This document shows positions 11,649 to 24,434 of a stretch of 64,000 nucleotides of DNA, piece after piece. The notes beneath the pieces were generated by a model. It saw nothing but the letters and a program-made list of their open reading frames with translations, did no database searches and was not told where the DNA came from. The position numbers were made by a program, and so were the translations under genes. Source of the stretch: Podarcis bocagei. Its lineage: Eukaryota. The first letter of the stretch is position 1; every line of letters starts with the position of its first letter. The DNA is taken from the NCBI GenBank assembly GCA_964188305.1, contig OZ076899.1; one strand, 5' to 3'.

Positions 11649-14600
11649 CTTGGGAAGCAAAACAAAAACATGGAGAAAAGAGAAAGATTACATAAGCAGA
11701 AACCAACGAAGAGTCAAGAACAGTGCGGACAACTGCCTTATTGACACAGAATAGTTCAAAAGTGATGGGTGCTTTCTGCCTACGGACAGTAATTTCACCA
11801 TTTCTAGCAATTCTGAGGAGTGCACAAGACAGAGATGAACTGATCTTTTACTGGATCGTTGTAAGGCAAGTTGCTGGGTTTTGGGCAACTTCCCTTCGTA
11901 TTTTGAAAAGATAAAGCTGCAGCCAAAATAATGAATTATAAATTGGAATCAACAATGAAACAGCACTGCATTTTATAATGCATGGCCATGATATGTGTTA
12001 ACAGTTTTATCATAGCATTTTCATAAAATAGCATGACATTTCTATGTTTAATGGGATTAATGAGCTCACTTACCCTTTAGCAATTAGGATCACATTTTCC
12101 AAAGGGCATTGCCTAATGCATCATTTTAAAAAAGCTGTTCTGATTATTATAAATATGTGTATCTGATGTGGGCTGTGAATTATTTCCAGATTAGGTATAG
12201 CCTGCTGAAATGTGGAATTCAAAACAAATCATAACAATTATTGCTTTTATGTGGCTCTTAGGGCTTTAATCTTGAAAACAGAAAACTATCATCCATGTCT
12301 CCAATAATTCTAATTATTACTTATCTTGTACTTCCAGTCTTGCAGAAATCCTATGCCAGATTCTACATGTGGACTCTCATAATACAGGACAGGCCTATTT
12401 AATCTGCATAATTTATTCTAGACGCTCTCTTTGTTACAGTTTTTTACTTTCAAGCATCATGAGTTATTATTTGTGTTGGGCTTGATTCATATTACTGTTG
12501 TTACAACATAATCAGGAAGATAAAGACGAAATGGCAGTGCCTCTTATGTTTGTAACCAAACATCAGAAAGGCTCAAGTCTTGCACTGTAACACTTGGGAA
12601 CTGATTTTTAGTGGCAGATCTGGAGATGGTTCACCACAAGGCGCGTGTTGAGGGTGTTGTTTTGAGTGACTATTACAGTTCACCTCTCATATGCAGGCAC
12701 AACAGACACTCAAAATAATTCTCTGTATGAACAACTTGTGAGGAATCGTCAGCAGATATGCCACAAGGTTTAGTTCATAGTTAAGCCAAGGGAGATTTGA
12801 AGTTTGTATAGTTTAAGTTTGCCCAAGACTTTTCTGCTGAAGAAACAGAGACATTTGAGTGATGTCACAAAGTTGTACTTGTGCAAAAAGAACAATTCAT
12901 GAAACTATCATGTGATTGGACCATCAAATATATTTTTCTGGAAGTGAGGCTATTTAAAATCTGGCTTCAAATTACCAAAATTGCTTGGTTACTCAGTTAC
13001 CACTGAGTATCCTGAGCTTGTTGAATCAGTCTCTGTGCTTATCTTTGCAATACAGGTTTTTTCAGCAATGACAGCTATGAAGACAGTAGCAAGCTATCTA
13101 TCAATACTGATCTCAGACTATGTCTGACAACTATCAAACATTGCACTGACCCACTTGTTGGAAAAATGCAAATTCAGCCATCCTACTGATGAACTTTTTC
13201 ATTAATTATATTTGACACTGTCTGTTTAATCACCTGTTTTTAGAATAACTTTCATAGTTTATTAATTAATAGCCTGCAATCAGTTGACTGGTGATTCCCA
13301 TTAAAAATAAAAAAATTGTGAATAACTGCAAGTACTATAAATATTTCAACAAATTCTACACTGTGAAGGGTATTAAGTAAATTTTTGCTTGGATGCCTCA
13401 AATAGTGGTTATTAGATAGGCGAACTTGCAATTTAAACACATGAAATTGACAGCTGCTGAAGACCTCAGGTCCAAAATTCATGTGACAACAAATCAATGG
13501 ACCATCCTAACAAGCAAATTTGGAATTGTGGGTTGCAATACCAAAAAGCTTAGGACTAACAGCCCACATCATATAACTTCCCTGCAAACTTTGTAGAAGC
13601 AAATCAGGATGAATGTTCAACAAACAAGTTGTCTGAAAGCAACCTTGATGGTGAAATGGAATGCAAGACTGACCGAAGGAATGGATTAAACTGAATAAAT
13701 TTCAGAACAGCTGCAGTCTAGATATGGACAGACCACAAAAAAGTTCATTTTAAAGGGGATGCTGCATATTTATTCTATGATCTTGACTGGGCAGTCTACC
13801 TCACATTATACCATTTTAACTACTAGCCTTGTTTCACCATCAATAGCCAGCAGAAATGGTTACATAATAGGGGTTATACTGACAGTAACATGGGATAGCT
13901 AAATGCTACACAAACATAGCTCAAAACAGAAAGAGTTGCCAGATACTTAAAACAGTCTCGTGTAACAGAGAAGGGTGGCTATTTAACCTTGCAGCATATT
14001 CCTAACACAAATGGTTAAGATAGAGGATGAACCAAGAACTACAGCAAAATATGATACAGGACCACTATTACAGGGAAATTACAATGGTGGAAATAAATTC
14101 TTTGCCTGAAATTTTCTACATCATCTAAATATTACAATTTAAAAAGCCAGGGTTTGCATTCATAATGATTTCACAGGCCCACTTGAATGTGGATCATTTT
14201 TATGTGAGATATATTAATCAATTTTTAGTGTGGAATGCAAATCTTTCTTCACTAAAATTTGAAACACGAACTTTGAAAATGTGATGTTTGTTTTTTACTT
14301 TCAGTTATCAGGATGAAAGTTTGCTACTATAAATGTAGAAGGGCTACAGTATCACTTGCTGAGTCAGGAGAAGAAAAGCACAAACTGTAGACACTTGCAT
14401 TCATTCAACTCTAGAAACGTAACAGATGTATTTGAAAAGCTAAACTACATAAACAGAAGTACAAAAAGCTACAGAAGAAAACACTGCAAATAAATATTAA
14501 CTTCAAGTTAATGCACAGCACCAATATTCAACATCACTGGCACGGAAAGAACAAAATAAAGTGATTTAAAACGAACGAGACATAGGCATGAGATACTTTC

Positions 14601-17004
14601 CATATGTACCATAAATGTAACTGTAGAAGCTTTCTCAGACAATATTTCCTATTGCTTTCTGACTGTCCATGAGATGTTCCACACACCTGTAGATAAAAGC
14701 TACCCTTGTAAAGAACAGCAGTATATGATTAAGGAAGTATATCTAAGAGTTGATGTGGAATGCTCACATCAGGCGTTCAAGCTATACCAGGTGCAAGAAA
14801 CTAAAAAGCCCTGACTATTCCACTTAATGCTTTTAGATATTCTCCATGGTACATTTGTAACAATTAAAAACAGATGAATTACAAGGGTCCAAAGTTTAAT
14901 TTTTCACACCATCATTGCCTCCAACTAGATTTGAATTGGCTAGAAAATTTACCACTATTTCGCTGAAAAATGCCCCCTCTGAAAGCTGCTTTTCTTAGTG
15001 GAAGCTACTCCTCCCCCACCCCCAGTACAAATCAATATGACTAATCTGACCCAATAATCCTTCCCACCCACCCATGCAAGCAGCAGCTACTCCTATCATT
15101 GTACATTTGTAACATGTAGTTTGGCCAGAGTGAAAACCTTTTAGCATCTGTAAAAATGTATTTTCATTTGTCCAAAAGGAAAGCTCTTATTCCCCTCTCC
15201 CTTTGAGTTTCCCATTTTTAGGAATAAGATCACAGCAATCTGCATTGTGTGTGTTTAGTTCTTATAAATAATAAAAGCTGCAAGAGACTGACACAGTTAA
15301 CACTCTGGATATTTGTGAAAGTAGGTTAGGTTTTGTTTCTCACATGACATCCCCCCTCCCTGCCAAAAAATGAAAGAAGAGCAAACATGGAAAGGCTGTA
15401 TACCATCATATATGAGTATATTTTTGCCAATATAGCTTCTCAGCATATGCACTCACAGCAAAACACACATTTGTGTCATATAAATCTGTAGTGAAAACAT
15501 CCACCATCCTACATGAAAACAATACCTTGTGCAATAGCCCAAATTCTTGCTCTTCTAGCTATGTAGTTGATAGACAAGTTAGTACCTGTGCCACAAAATC
15601 TGCATTTTGGTTTCTTGAACAAACTGACTGGTAGCCATGATACCCTTGGAAGAGCTGAGCATATGAAAATTACTGTGAAATAGACTAGAACATCAGGCAC
15701 AATTCCATTATTCTATTTCTAAATTAGCAGCAGCCAGATTTTACTATAATATTTGTAAGCATACTTGCAAAACTAATATCCTGAGTAACTTGCAATTAAG
15801 TGCCAAATATTTTTTGAATGCTCTTTAGTACAAATGCTTACACGCAAATTGTAATATGTAACAGCATTTGAGTATGTTCAATGTGAATCTCCCCAAAGAC
15901 GATCTTTTACAGATTTGTTTTGAGCTAATTGTTTTCAGTTTCGAAAAGAAAAAGGCCCCCAAAACGCAGACATGAGAGAAACAAGGACAAGCCTCACAAA
16001 ATACTGTGCGCACCTTAAGCAAAATATCCTCAAATATACAAGGCTACAGATTCAGAGTCCATTAGAATGTAGTTTTTTGGGGGGAAAGGGGTTGAGGTTA
16101 GGTTATAGAAAGGTTTTAAGGAGAACCAGGACAAGAAGATGACTATAGCCCAGTTCAGAGTAACCAGCAGGCCCCAAACAAACAGCCTGGGAGAAATTAA
16201 TTTTGTTATGATTAAATGCAAAAGGACTTTTAAAATGACCTCTGTTTTATAAATGTTAATAGAGGGGTGACTTTTTTCAAACCAAGAGTCCCATGCTAGT
16301 GGTGGGCATGGCCAATGTATGCACACACAGACAGAAATGCACTTACCAGACATGCCATCACACAGCACCTCTGTTGCACACAGCATTTCCAGCCCTCCCC
16401 ATTCTGGTGCTGGAGTGGTAGTGGCTTGAATAAACTGCATTTTACTTTGCCCAGATCATTCTGGGCAAAGTGAAATGACAGCATTTACAGTGATTCCCAC
16501 ACCAGTGCTAGAATGGTGGGGAAATGCTGTCTTTTACTCTTAAAGGGCAGGAAGAGGTCTTTGTTTTCTAGAGTAGTATTGTGATGCTGTGGTGCTAAGA
16601 CTGGAAATAAAATCCATCTACCTATTCTTTAGAAATCATCTCTAAATGTTCTATGCATTCAGACTTTGCCAACAACAACAACAACAGGCTCAGTTAAAAC
16701 TATCAACACTCCTATTAGGTATGTTTAATCAGCTTTAAGACTATCAAAAGCTCACACAATAGTTTGTCCTAAACTATTAAGATCCATCTTATTTTTGTAT
16801 TCATGGGATCATGAGGTTCATCTTTTATGTGCCACAAGCTTTGGGGGAGGGGGGGAATAACAGATGTAAAGCATATAAAACCTTGATTTCTTTTAATGCA
16901 AGATCTGAAATTGGAGACTAGCCCTTAAAGACACAGCAGACACCTTTGAGAGGTTCTGGACGAACCCATTTTATATGAAGATAGTTACAGTATACAACAC
17001 CTAC

Positions 17005-17200
17005 CAGTTTTCTTCTCAATGTGCCGCCTTCCTGCCTCCCTAAATGCAACTACACCTCTGAAGAAAGCTCTGAGGACCGCCCAACGAAACACAGCAACAG
17101 GATCAATTCCTATCATTCCACAAATAAAGGCACTCTTGCTGCTTCTTAGGAGAGCGACAATGTCTGGTCGCATATGATCTGTATTTTTCTCCCGGAAATC
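17005..17200 (-). CDS. MYO9A: MYO9A exon 14 (196 nt) [21 protein letters not shown]...[14 protein letters not shown]...RHIEKKT, start of loop-2 insertion
   Basis: Acceptor CTCTTTAG, donor CTG|GTAGGT. Confidence 0.96.
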
Positions 17201-17264
17201 CTAAAGAGGAAAGAAATGAAATACAGTGTTCAGCAAGTCCTGAAGTAGTAGAGTACAAGTTTTC

Positions 17265-17422
17265 AGGGCAAAAGGTTTTGGGTTCAATCTCTGACATCTT
17301 CAGGTAAGCCTGGGAAAGATTCCTACATGAAACCCTGGAGACAGCCACTGCTTATCAGTGTACAACAACTGAGCTAGATAAACTAGAAGCCTGACTTGGT
17401 ATAAGGCAACTTCCTATGTTCC
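17265..17422 (+). mobile_element. tRNA-derived squamate SINE (Squam3-like)
   Basis: B-box-like GGTTCAATC head and a 3' end gacttggtataaggcaacttcctatgttcc. Confidence 0.6.
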
Positions 17423-18127
17423 CAAAACATTTGATTTCTACAATCGGGCAATAATATATGCTCAATAGTATGCTGTACATCTGTTAAATGCATGTGTTAA
17501 AGCTGCTTGGCCGAATCAGGTTCTAAGACGTTCCTCAAGCTTAGCATTATTCTCTAGCACTTTTTGAAGCATTTACAAATTAGATGAAATATGCATTGTC
17601 ACCAGTGCCAACATTGCCTAAGAAAGCAATCAAACTTGGGAAATAGGAATAGGATCATGGAATGACAAGAATGCAACGGAATCTCACTTATGCTCTTACA
17701 CCTCCCTATAAGAACTGTATAATAATCTCAAACTCAAGACAATGTACACATGTTCTTCATGTGCTCTGTTTGTGCGCATGAACATGATAAGCTTTTCCTA
17801 CTGTAGGTGGGCTGTGCTAGAATAACTGATATTTTCATTTAAAAATTAGGCCATACACATGCTCACATTCAGGTGCATTAAGTTCCATTCAAAACAATGG
17901 AACTTATATGCAGGTAACTATGGTGAAACGTCAGCTTTAACTGGGATAAAAAGGAAAAACAAAATAGGTGATTATGTTAAAGTGCATATATTCTTGATTC
18001 AATCCACCAAGTTCCAATATTGGCACAAATACAGGAAGAGAAAAAGTAAAAGTGCAGATTCAAAACTTACAGTACTGAAGTTGAAATCCCCATTTTACAG
18101 GTGATAAACCATCTGTTTTAGTTGCGG

Positions 18128-18202
18128 TTCCTGCACTGCAGGGGGTTGGACTAGATGGCCCTCAAGGTCCCTTTCAACTCTACAATTCTATGGTTCTATG
18201 AT
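18128..18202 (+). mobile_element. CR1 LINE extreme 3' end
   Basis: gcagggggttggactagatg...ctctacaattctatggttctatgat. Confidence 0.75.
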
Positions 18203-18320
18203 AAGGATCACTTAATTCAACAACAAGAGCCTCCAAAGGCATTATTATGGCTTTCAAATATTAAAAGCAAGAGTTGCATCTATTTTTAGAGAAAATGTTA
18301 GCAGTGAACAATGTACAGAC

Positions 18321-18462
18321 CTTCACACCATATTTAACTTTTCCAGCATAGTGTTTTATGATGAAAGCAGGTTCCATTACAGCTGGAAATTCAATGTAGA
18401 GGTTCCCTTCATGTTGACGCTTAAACTTGTCTAGTAGCGTTTGATTTGTGGCTTGTGGGAAA
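18321..18462 (-). CDS. MYO9A: MYO9A exon 13 (142 nt) [47 protein letters not shown]
   Basis: Acceptor TTCATTCAG, donor AAG|GTCTGT; HYAGKV motif. Confidence 0.95.
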
Positions 18463-20322
18463 CTGAATGAAGAGAAGAGAATGTTTTTAGTTGATGATTA
18501 TAATACATGTATTCCTATAAAACATATGGATATATTCAGTTCCCAAATCATTAGATAATTAGTAAAACAGCAACATGTCTATAGAGCTAAAATTGATTGG
18601 TTTTTCATTCTCCTTTTCCAGCACACAGGCACTAAGCATCTCTGGGCAGCTTAGTGGGGAGACAAAGGAGTAGCGGCTTGATCAGCATATTCGCATCACA
18701 GCAAAAACTACGCTCATATCACGCTTCAAACAAATTGGATTTTTAAATTTTGTTTTCATGCAGGAAAAGAATAGTGTGTGAAGAGAGCATTATTGCTTAA
18801 GTGTTTACTGTTTTTCTCTCCTCCTTTCAGTAAATGGTATACAGTCGCAAAAAAGAAACAAACAGACCAATAACAGGAAAAATCAACATAATGTTTGGTC
18901 ACACACAGTGTATGTATATCAAAATTCAGACAAAATGAAGGGTAACACAGAAAGAAAGAGGGGGCTTGGCACCATAGTCAATAGCATAAAATGAAGATGT
19001 CCGCTTACTCCTTCTCAGGCAGGCAGCTTTGAGGGCAGGCCCCGGCCCTCCTCTGTGAACCAGCCTATTGAAGGCAAGATTGTCCCCTTGCTGCCAAATT
19101 GGCAATGGTGGCAGGAATCAGAGGGCGTTCCCCTGGGTGCAGTGCCAACTGACCAATAATGGCGCTTGGCACCACGCCCAGGGCAGGGATAAATTCCTGG
19201 CCTGCGGGGCCTTTTGGCCTCTCTCTCACCACGCCGGTTCTTCCTTATGGAAGCTGCAATTGTCTTAAGCGGTGCTTTCCTCCAGACACAATCTAAGATC
19301 TGAACCACAAGATCAGCCTCCTATCCTCCCTTGAGATCATGAACACTGAGAAGCGTATCATAAATCACTGGTGCTATCTCCATTTTTCTGATCTGTTTGT
19401 TGTGGACACTCCTGCTCAAACAATGTGGTAGCTCTGTGGGTATTTGGGTCACTGTCCAACTTTCTAGCAAAACTGAGAACTTGCAGAGCATGCAGTCAAT
19501 TTTGGATTGCACTTGGGACTGGGGCTAGCCAGCCTCTCCTGTGAGAACTGCATGTCCTAGAAAGAACTCCTTTTTTGGTTTTTTAGCATCACTTCAGCAA
19601 GGGGAAAACAATCCATTCATGCACCAAAACTGTCTAAAAACCGGAGTGCCAGCTTGAACAAAACATTGGGGGGGGGGTAAGCCCTGCCCCACATAATTGA
19701 TCACAGGATGTAGCACATGCACACTATTTGAATGGCAATGTCCATCAACTTTCGAGAGGCCTGGCTCCCTCAACTATTTTATTGGGGGGCAGGATGAAGA
19801 GACCTTGGTCCCTAGGAGTTGGCTCCTATGCTAATAATCACTTTCAATTGCAACTTATTTAATTGACTTTCAACACAGAATTTTCTCTTGGGACCCCATA
19901 GTCTGTGCACACTGGTCCTCATTATACATCCCTGCCTATGCTGACTAGTCCCTATTATGATTGTACTATTATGCAAGTGGGGCACAGACATATTTTCCTG
20001 CTTTGATGACCACAAAGTTTTAATTGTGAAACGAACAACAAACAAAAACCCTTTCAGGAAAAGGCTATTTTCATGTCCATCAAGTCTCAAAGAAAAGTTG
20101 AACTCTTTTAGATGCAAGAAAGGAAACTACTGTATGCCATAGTTGATGACTCAAGTATGAGTTGATAAGAATGGGAAATCGGGGAAATACTGGAATACTG
20201 ACATAAAGACAGTTTTTGCTGAGTAATGCATATCTCCAGAACACATTTCCAAGATTGATTCTCATGCTATCCTATCACAATGGAATAGATTATATCATCT
20301 AAGCTATATAAATATTGTAACT

Positions 20323-21003
20323 TGTTATAGGAATTCTAAGGTCTCATATATATATAAATCACGTGTTCATAAATGTATAAGGCAAACACACATGCATAAG
20401 TATAGTGTCTGAAACTGTACAGAAGAGCAATCCTGAAGCCATTTTGACTGTCCCAAATTGACCTCAAATATTTCTCTGCAAGGAGGAAGGAAATGGGAAA
20501 AGCTTTTCCGTTGTTTTTGGACTGTAGGGGCTTACACCTCCCTTTGCAAATACAGTCTGGCAAGTATCTGTTAAGCTGAGCAAACTATCAATATATGTAA
20601 GAGATTCAGGAACTAAAGTATCTACCATCACAAAGGAATGGCCAGGATGCCCAGGTAAAAGCAATCAGTGACCATTATGAGGTATCCTGGCAGACAGGTT
20701 TTCTGCTGTAGACCGCCCCTTCAGTTGTGTATGTGTGATGTTTTGCGGGGTGGTCTTGAGCTACAGAGGAGGCAATTTCAAAAGTTTATATAAGAGCTTG
20801 CACTCCATTGTTCTGGGTCCCTCCTCCCTCCTGCGTGTGGTTGTGAGTACCCTGTTGCAACAGTTAATAAAGATCAGGCTTACTAGCTGCCTTGCTTCTC
20901 AATATTCTCTAGTTGGCCTCCTACCGATAGAGAACCTACTTAAGGACATTTCGGGCTCTTAGATACCCTATAAGGGAAAAGGAGCAGTATTTTTCTTATA
21001 ACA
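20323..21003 (+). mobile_element. Probable solo LTR (681 bp)
   Basis: TG...CA ends with a 10/11 inverted match (TGTTATAGGAA / TTCTTATAACA), TATATAAG near 20787, AATAAA near 20866; only 3 bp (act) of flanking duplication. Confidence 0.65.
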
Positions 21004-21189
21004 ACTGTAAACTCATTTTCTGAATGGGAATCTTTCCTCAGACAAAATGACATCCTTGCCATCAGCTGGCTTGAAGAAACCCCTGAAAACATTTCATAGA
21101 GGACTTAACATGCTCAGTGGTCATGCAATGTTGACTGAGTGGGGCAGATGGGGAATGACACTGAATAGTGTGTGCAAAATAAATAAGGG

Positions 21190-21339
21190 CAGTGCTATTT
21201 TTCGGGGGGGGGGTATACATACCCCTAAACATTTTGTGACGCTTTGTACTTTTGTCCCTATTTATTTTTCCTGATTTGAACTATTAAATGAGTCAAAATG
21301 AGAGTACCCCTAAACATATTTTTAAGATAAAAAGCACTG
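21190..21339. mobile_element. hAT-type MITE (CAGTGCT termini)
   Basis: TIR CAGTGCTATTT...AAAAAGCACTG; 8-bp TSD aataaggg/gataaggg; duplicated TACCCCTAAACAT. Confidence 0.8.
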
Positions 21340-21651
21340 GATAAGGGCATGGGTTGGCATCCTGAACAACAACCCAATGTAATATTTTGTTGCAGATCCT
21401 GCACATCCCATACAGATGACCATATTAACTTGAGTGAGCATTCTCGTCCTGGGGACAGCTTGATCATTTGCATCCTCCTCCCTAAGGGTAAGGAGATCTT
21501 TAACATATTAATGGATGGATAATCATAAGGGATCTTTCTTATTTTGGTTTTCACTTTTAGGCTGCTACTCACTTGCAAACAACAACAACAACACAGGACT
21601 TTAGTGATCCGAAACCTGACAATCACAAGAGTGGGGCAACAACATACTCAC

Positions 21652-21773
21652 TTGCTTTCCTCATCCAGCAGATGGAGCAACCCTGTTGGCTTTTTACTGA
21701 TAAGGTTTATGCAGCCAGAATTGTCTGTGTATTCTATGTTATGCCAGCTGATGCCTTCCAGTCTGTACTCCTC
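21652..21773 (-). CDS. MYO9A: MYO9A exon 12 (122 nt) [40 protein letters not shown]
   Basis: Acceptor ATCCCAG, donor CAA|GTGAGT; LLDEE motif. Confidence 0.96.
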
Positions 21774-22404
21774 CTGGGATGGGAGCAAGTTACATTCATT
21801 AAGGCAAAAACCCCACAAAATATTTTAGCAGTATTTTAAAGCAATCTGCTTTGCTAAACACAGTGAAAAGTCAAGCCATATGCTAACAAACTCAGGAAGC
21901 CTGTGCATGAGGGCTGCTCCTTTGATGTTTTCCCCCCAAATACCAGCAACCACGTAAACAGACAATTTTAATGTGTCATGGAATACAAGGGTTTCCTACA
22001 TCAAGTGCAGGGTAGCCTATAATGAAGCTGCAGCAACATGCTGTGCTGCATCTACCAAACGTGCCGATTATCAGCATACTGATTTGCCACATTTCTGCAC
22101 CCTGTGTAGATATGGGAGGGAATATAAGGGAACAGGGCAGGAGGTCTCTTCCACTGAAAAAATCTCCCTACTTTTTTTTAAGCACAGTTAGGATGGTGCC
22201 TCAATTCCTTCCAATCCTACAAAGGGTTAGAAGGTGACTTACATCTCAGACCAGTTAAAGGAACAAGTTGAGAAAAAAGAACTGCCTTCAGCTCCTCCCC
22301 GCCCCCCCCCCCGGTGCCAACAGAAGGCCCTGCAGCTTGTTTCACATCTAGAGCCTGGCTGAGTTGCTCAGATAAATCTTAACTACAAGGTTTGAGCAGC
22401 AGCA

Positions 22405-22725
22405 GCAGCAACAACAACAACAACATGCTGCCCATCTAACTGGGTTGCCCCTGACACTCTGGGCAGCTCCCAGAAAAACATTAAAAACACAATAAAACAT
22501 CAATATAGGGCTGCCTTTCCTTGGCATCTGCTGGAAGGGCTTTCCACAGGGTGGGCATCAGTACCGAAAAGGCTCTCTGCCTGGTTCCCTGTACCCTCAC
22601 TTCTCGCATTGAGTGCTTCAGGTATACAGGACCAAAGCATTTTAGAGCTTTCAAGGTCAACACCAACACTTTGAATTGTGCTTGGAAACATACTGGGAGC
22701 CAATGTAGATCCTTTAGGACCAGTT
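22405..22725 (-). mobile_element. L2-clade LINE 3' fragment
   Basis: Minus frame LKDLHWLPVCFQAQFKVLVLTLKALKCFGPVYL is typical of the L2 ORF2 C-terminus; similar to 48521-48946. Confidence 0.8.
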
Positions 22726-23590
22726 TTATATGGAAAATATATAGAAAGGAAGGTTTTTCTTCTTGCAATTGTGCACCCCAAGGAGGGGATGGTTTGTGAG
22801 TCCTATCTTCATACACTGAATGCCTAAGTTCTGATGGCCAAAAAAATGCTCTATTGACCAGGCAAATAGTGGCTAAATATTGTTTTTAACTAGTAATTAA
22901 ATGAAAACACAGAAATTGATTTAATTACAGAACCTGTCTTTTAGAGAACAATAGAGTCTGATTTCTTCTAGAAGCTTTTCAGAGTTTCATCTCTGATTAT
23001 ACTCCTTCCAGCATCAAATACACTGTAGTCTGCAGTAGCCCTGACCCCTGGACACTTATGACCTGTTCCGAGTTGCCACCTTAGATCTCCCCAATTTCTG
23101 GCAACTTGGACAGGTGGCCTCTGAACATGTACAAAGTTTCAATAGCAAAGTACCCATGAATGTTTGCAGAAAGCCTTGCCTTTGTAAAGCAAATGTTTCC
23201 AACTGTCCACAGACTAGAATTTCAAGTTCTGTGTTCACCTGCACAGTTAGCCAGACACTGCATAAGATGTAGCCTAAGCTGAGATGGCCGGCCAACATTC
23301 TACTGAAGAGAGAAAAATTAAGGCTCTGTGAGGGCTGCTATGATCTTCATATCAATTGAGAGGTGAGAACACAAGCATGCAGTTTGATTAGGAACTTCCA
23401 ACAAAATACTTTTTTTAATGGTTTTATGAAAAATAGTAACACTAGAACTAACACCTGCAAATGCAAATAATGTAGTGAAATTACTTTCAGGTGAAAGTAA
23501 TATAGTCAATATTAGTAAACTATTAATAAAATAAATGAAACTTCGCTATTAGTTTTTTTAAAAAGCAACTATGTAGCTTTAAAGACTTAC

Positions 23591-23725
23591 TTGCTCCAAT
23601 TTAAAGATGTGTCGGTTAAAATAGTGTTGTAAACGTTCATTTGCAAAATTAATGCAAAACTGTTCAAAACTGTTACTTTCATAATCTTCAAACCCAAAAA
23701 TATCAAGTACTCCAATGGACAAAGT
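23591..23725 (-). CDS. MYO9A: MYO9A exon 11 (135 nt) [45 protein letters not shown], switch II and relay
   Basis: Acceptor TTGCAG, donor CAA|GTAAGT. Confidence 0.97.
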
Positions 23726-24066
23726 CTGCAACATAAAGTGAAGTTTTATAAATATTACCCTTAATACATGAATTTGATAGGTTGCACAAGAACACACATA
23801 TTAAAGCACTTGCAATCATTTCGGAATTGGTTCAGATCTTAAATAAAAATACACTTTGTATACAAGTCTTAAGGCAATGCTTCTATTTGGTCACAAAAGT
23901 CCAAAGATTTGTCCTCAAGCTCAAACTACTGCTAAAATCCAGCCTTCTTCTACCAAAATGGCTACATGCAATGTCTGAGCATGACAACACAAATAAAACC
24001 TATAGAATTGCAATATGAAGGATGGATAAAATCTAAGCAGACATTTAAACCGAGCCTAGGTGTTAC

Positions 24067-24183
24067 CTTGGTGCTCTCCTCAAAGTCCTTGGTATTCAAA
24101 AGTGCATGGTTAATTCTAAAAACTATCCAATCAAACAGAGCACTGTACAACGATTTAGCCATGGAATTCCGCACTGTAACAGC
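24067..24183 (-). CDS. MYO9A: MYO9A exon 10 (117 nt) [39 protein letters not shown]
   Basis: Acceptor TTTTTAG, donor AAG|GTAACA; [13 protein letters not shown] motif. Confidence 0.96.
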
Positions 24184-24249
24184 CTAAAAATAAAAGAGAA
24201 TGAGTACATTATTTCTAGTCAGTCACATTATTTTCAGATAACATTTACA

Positions 24250-24434
24250 CCTTTCTTTAAGGAGTTCAAGGGTTAGGTATACATTCTCCATTTCTCCAAT
24301 TCAACCCTCACAATCACCCGATAAGGTAGGTTAGACTGAGCGTGTGTGGTTATCCCAATGCCATCCAGTGAAGTGATTTGAATCCAGGTCTCCCCTGTCT
24401 TGATTGACACTAACCACTGCACTATACTGGCTCT
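24250..24434 (-). mobile_element. Old CORE/MIR-like SINE
   Basis: cctcacaa...aggtaggttagactgag...gatttgaatccagg...aaccactgcactatactggctct pattern. Confidence 0.5.

Noticed and set aside
21573-21615. Separate 43-nt microexon after exon 12
   Set aside because: The upstream intron would be only 36 nt; treated as an alternative donor instead.
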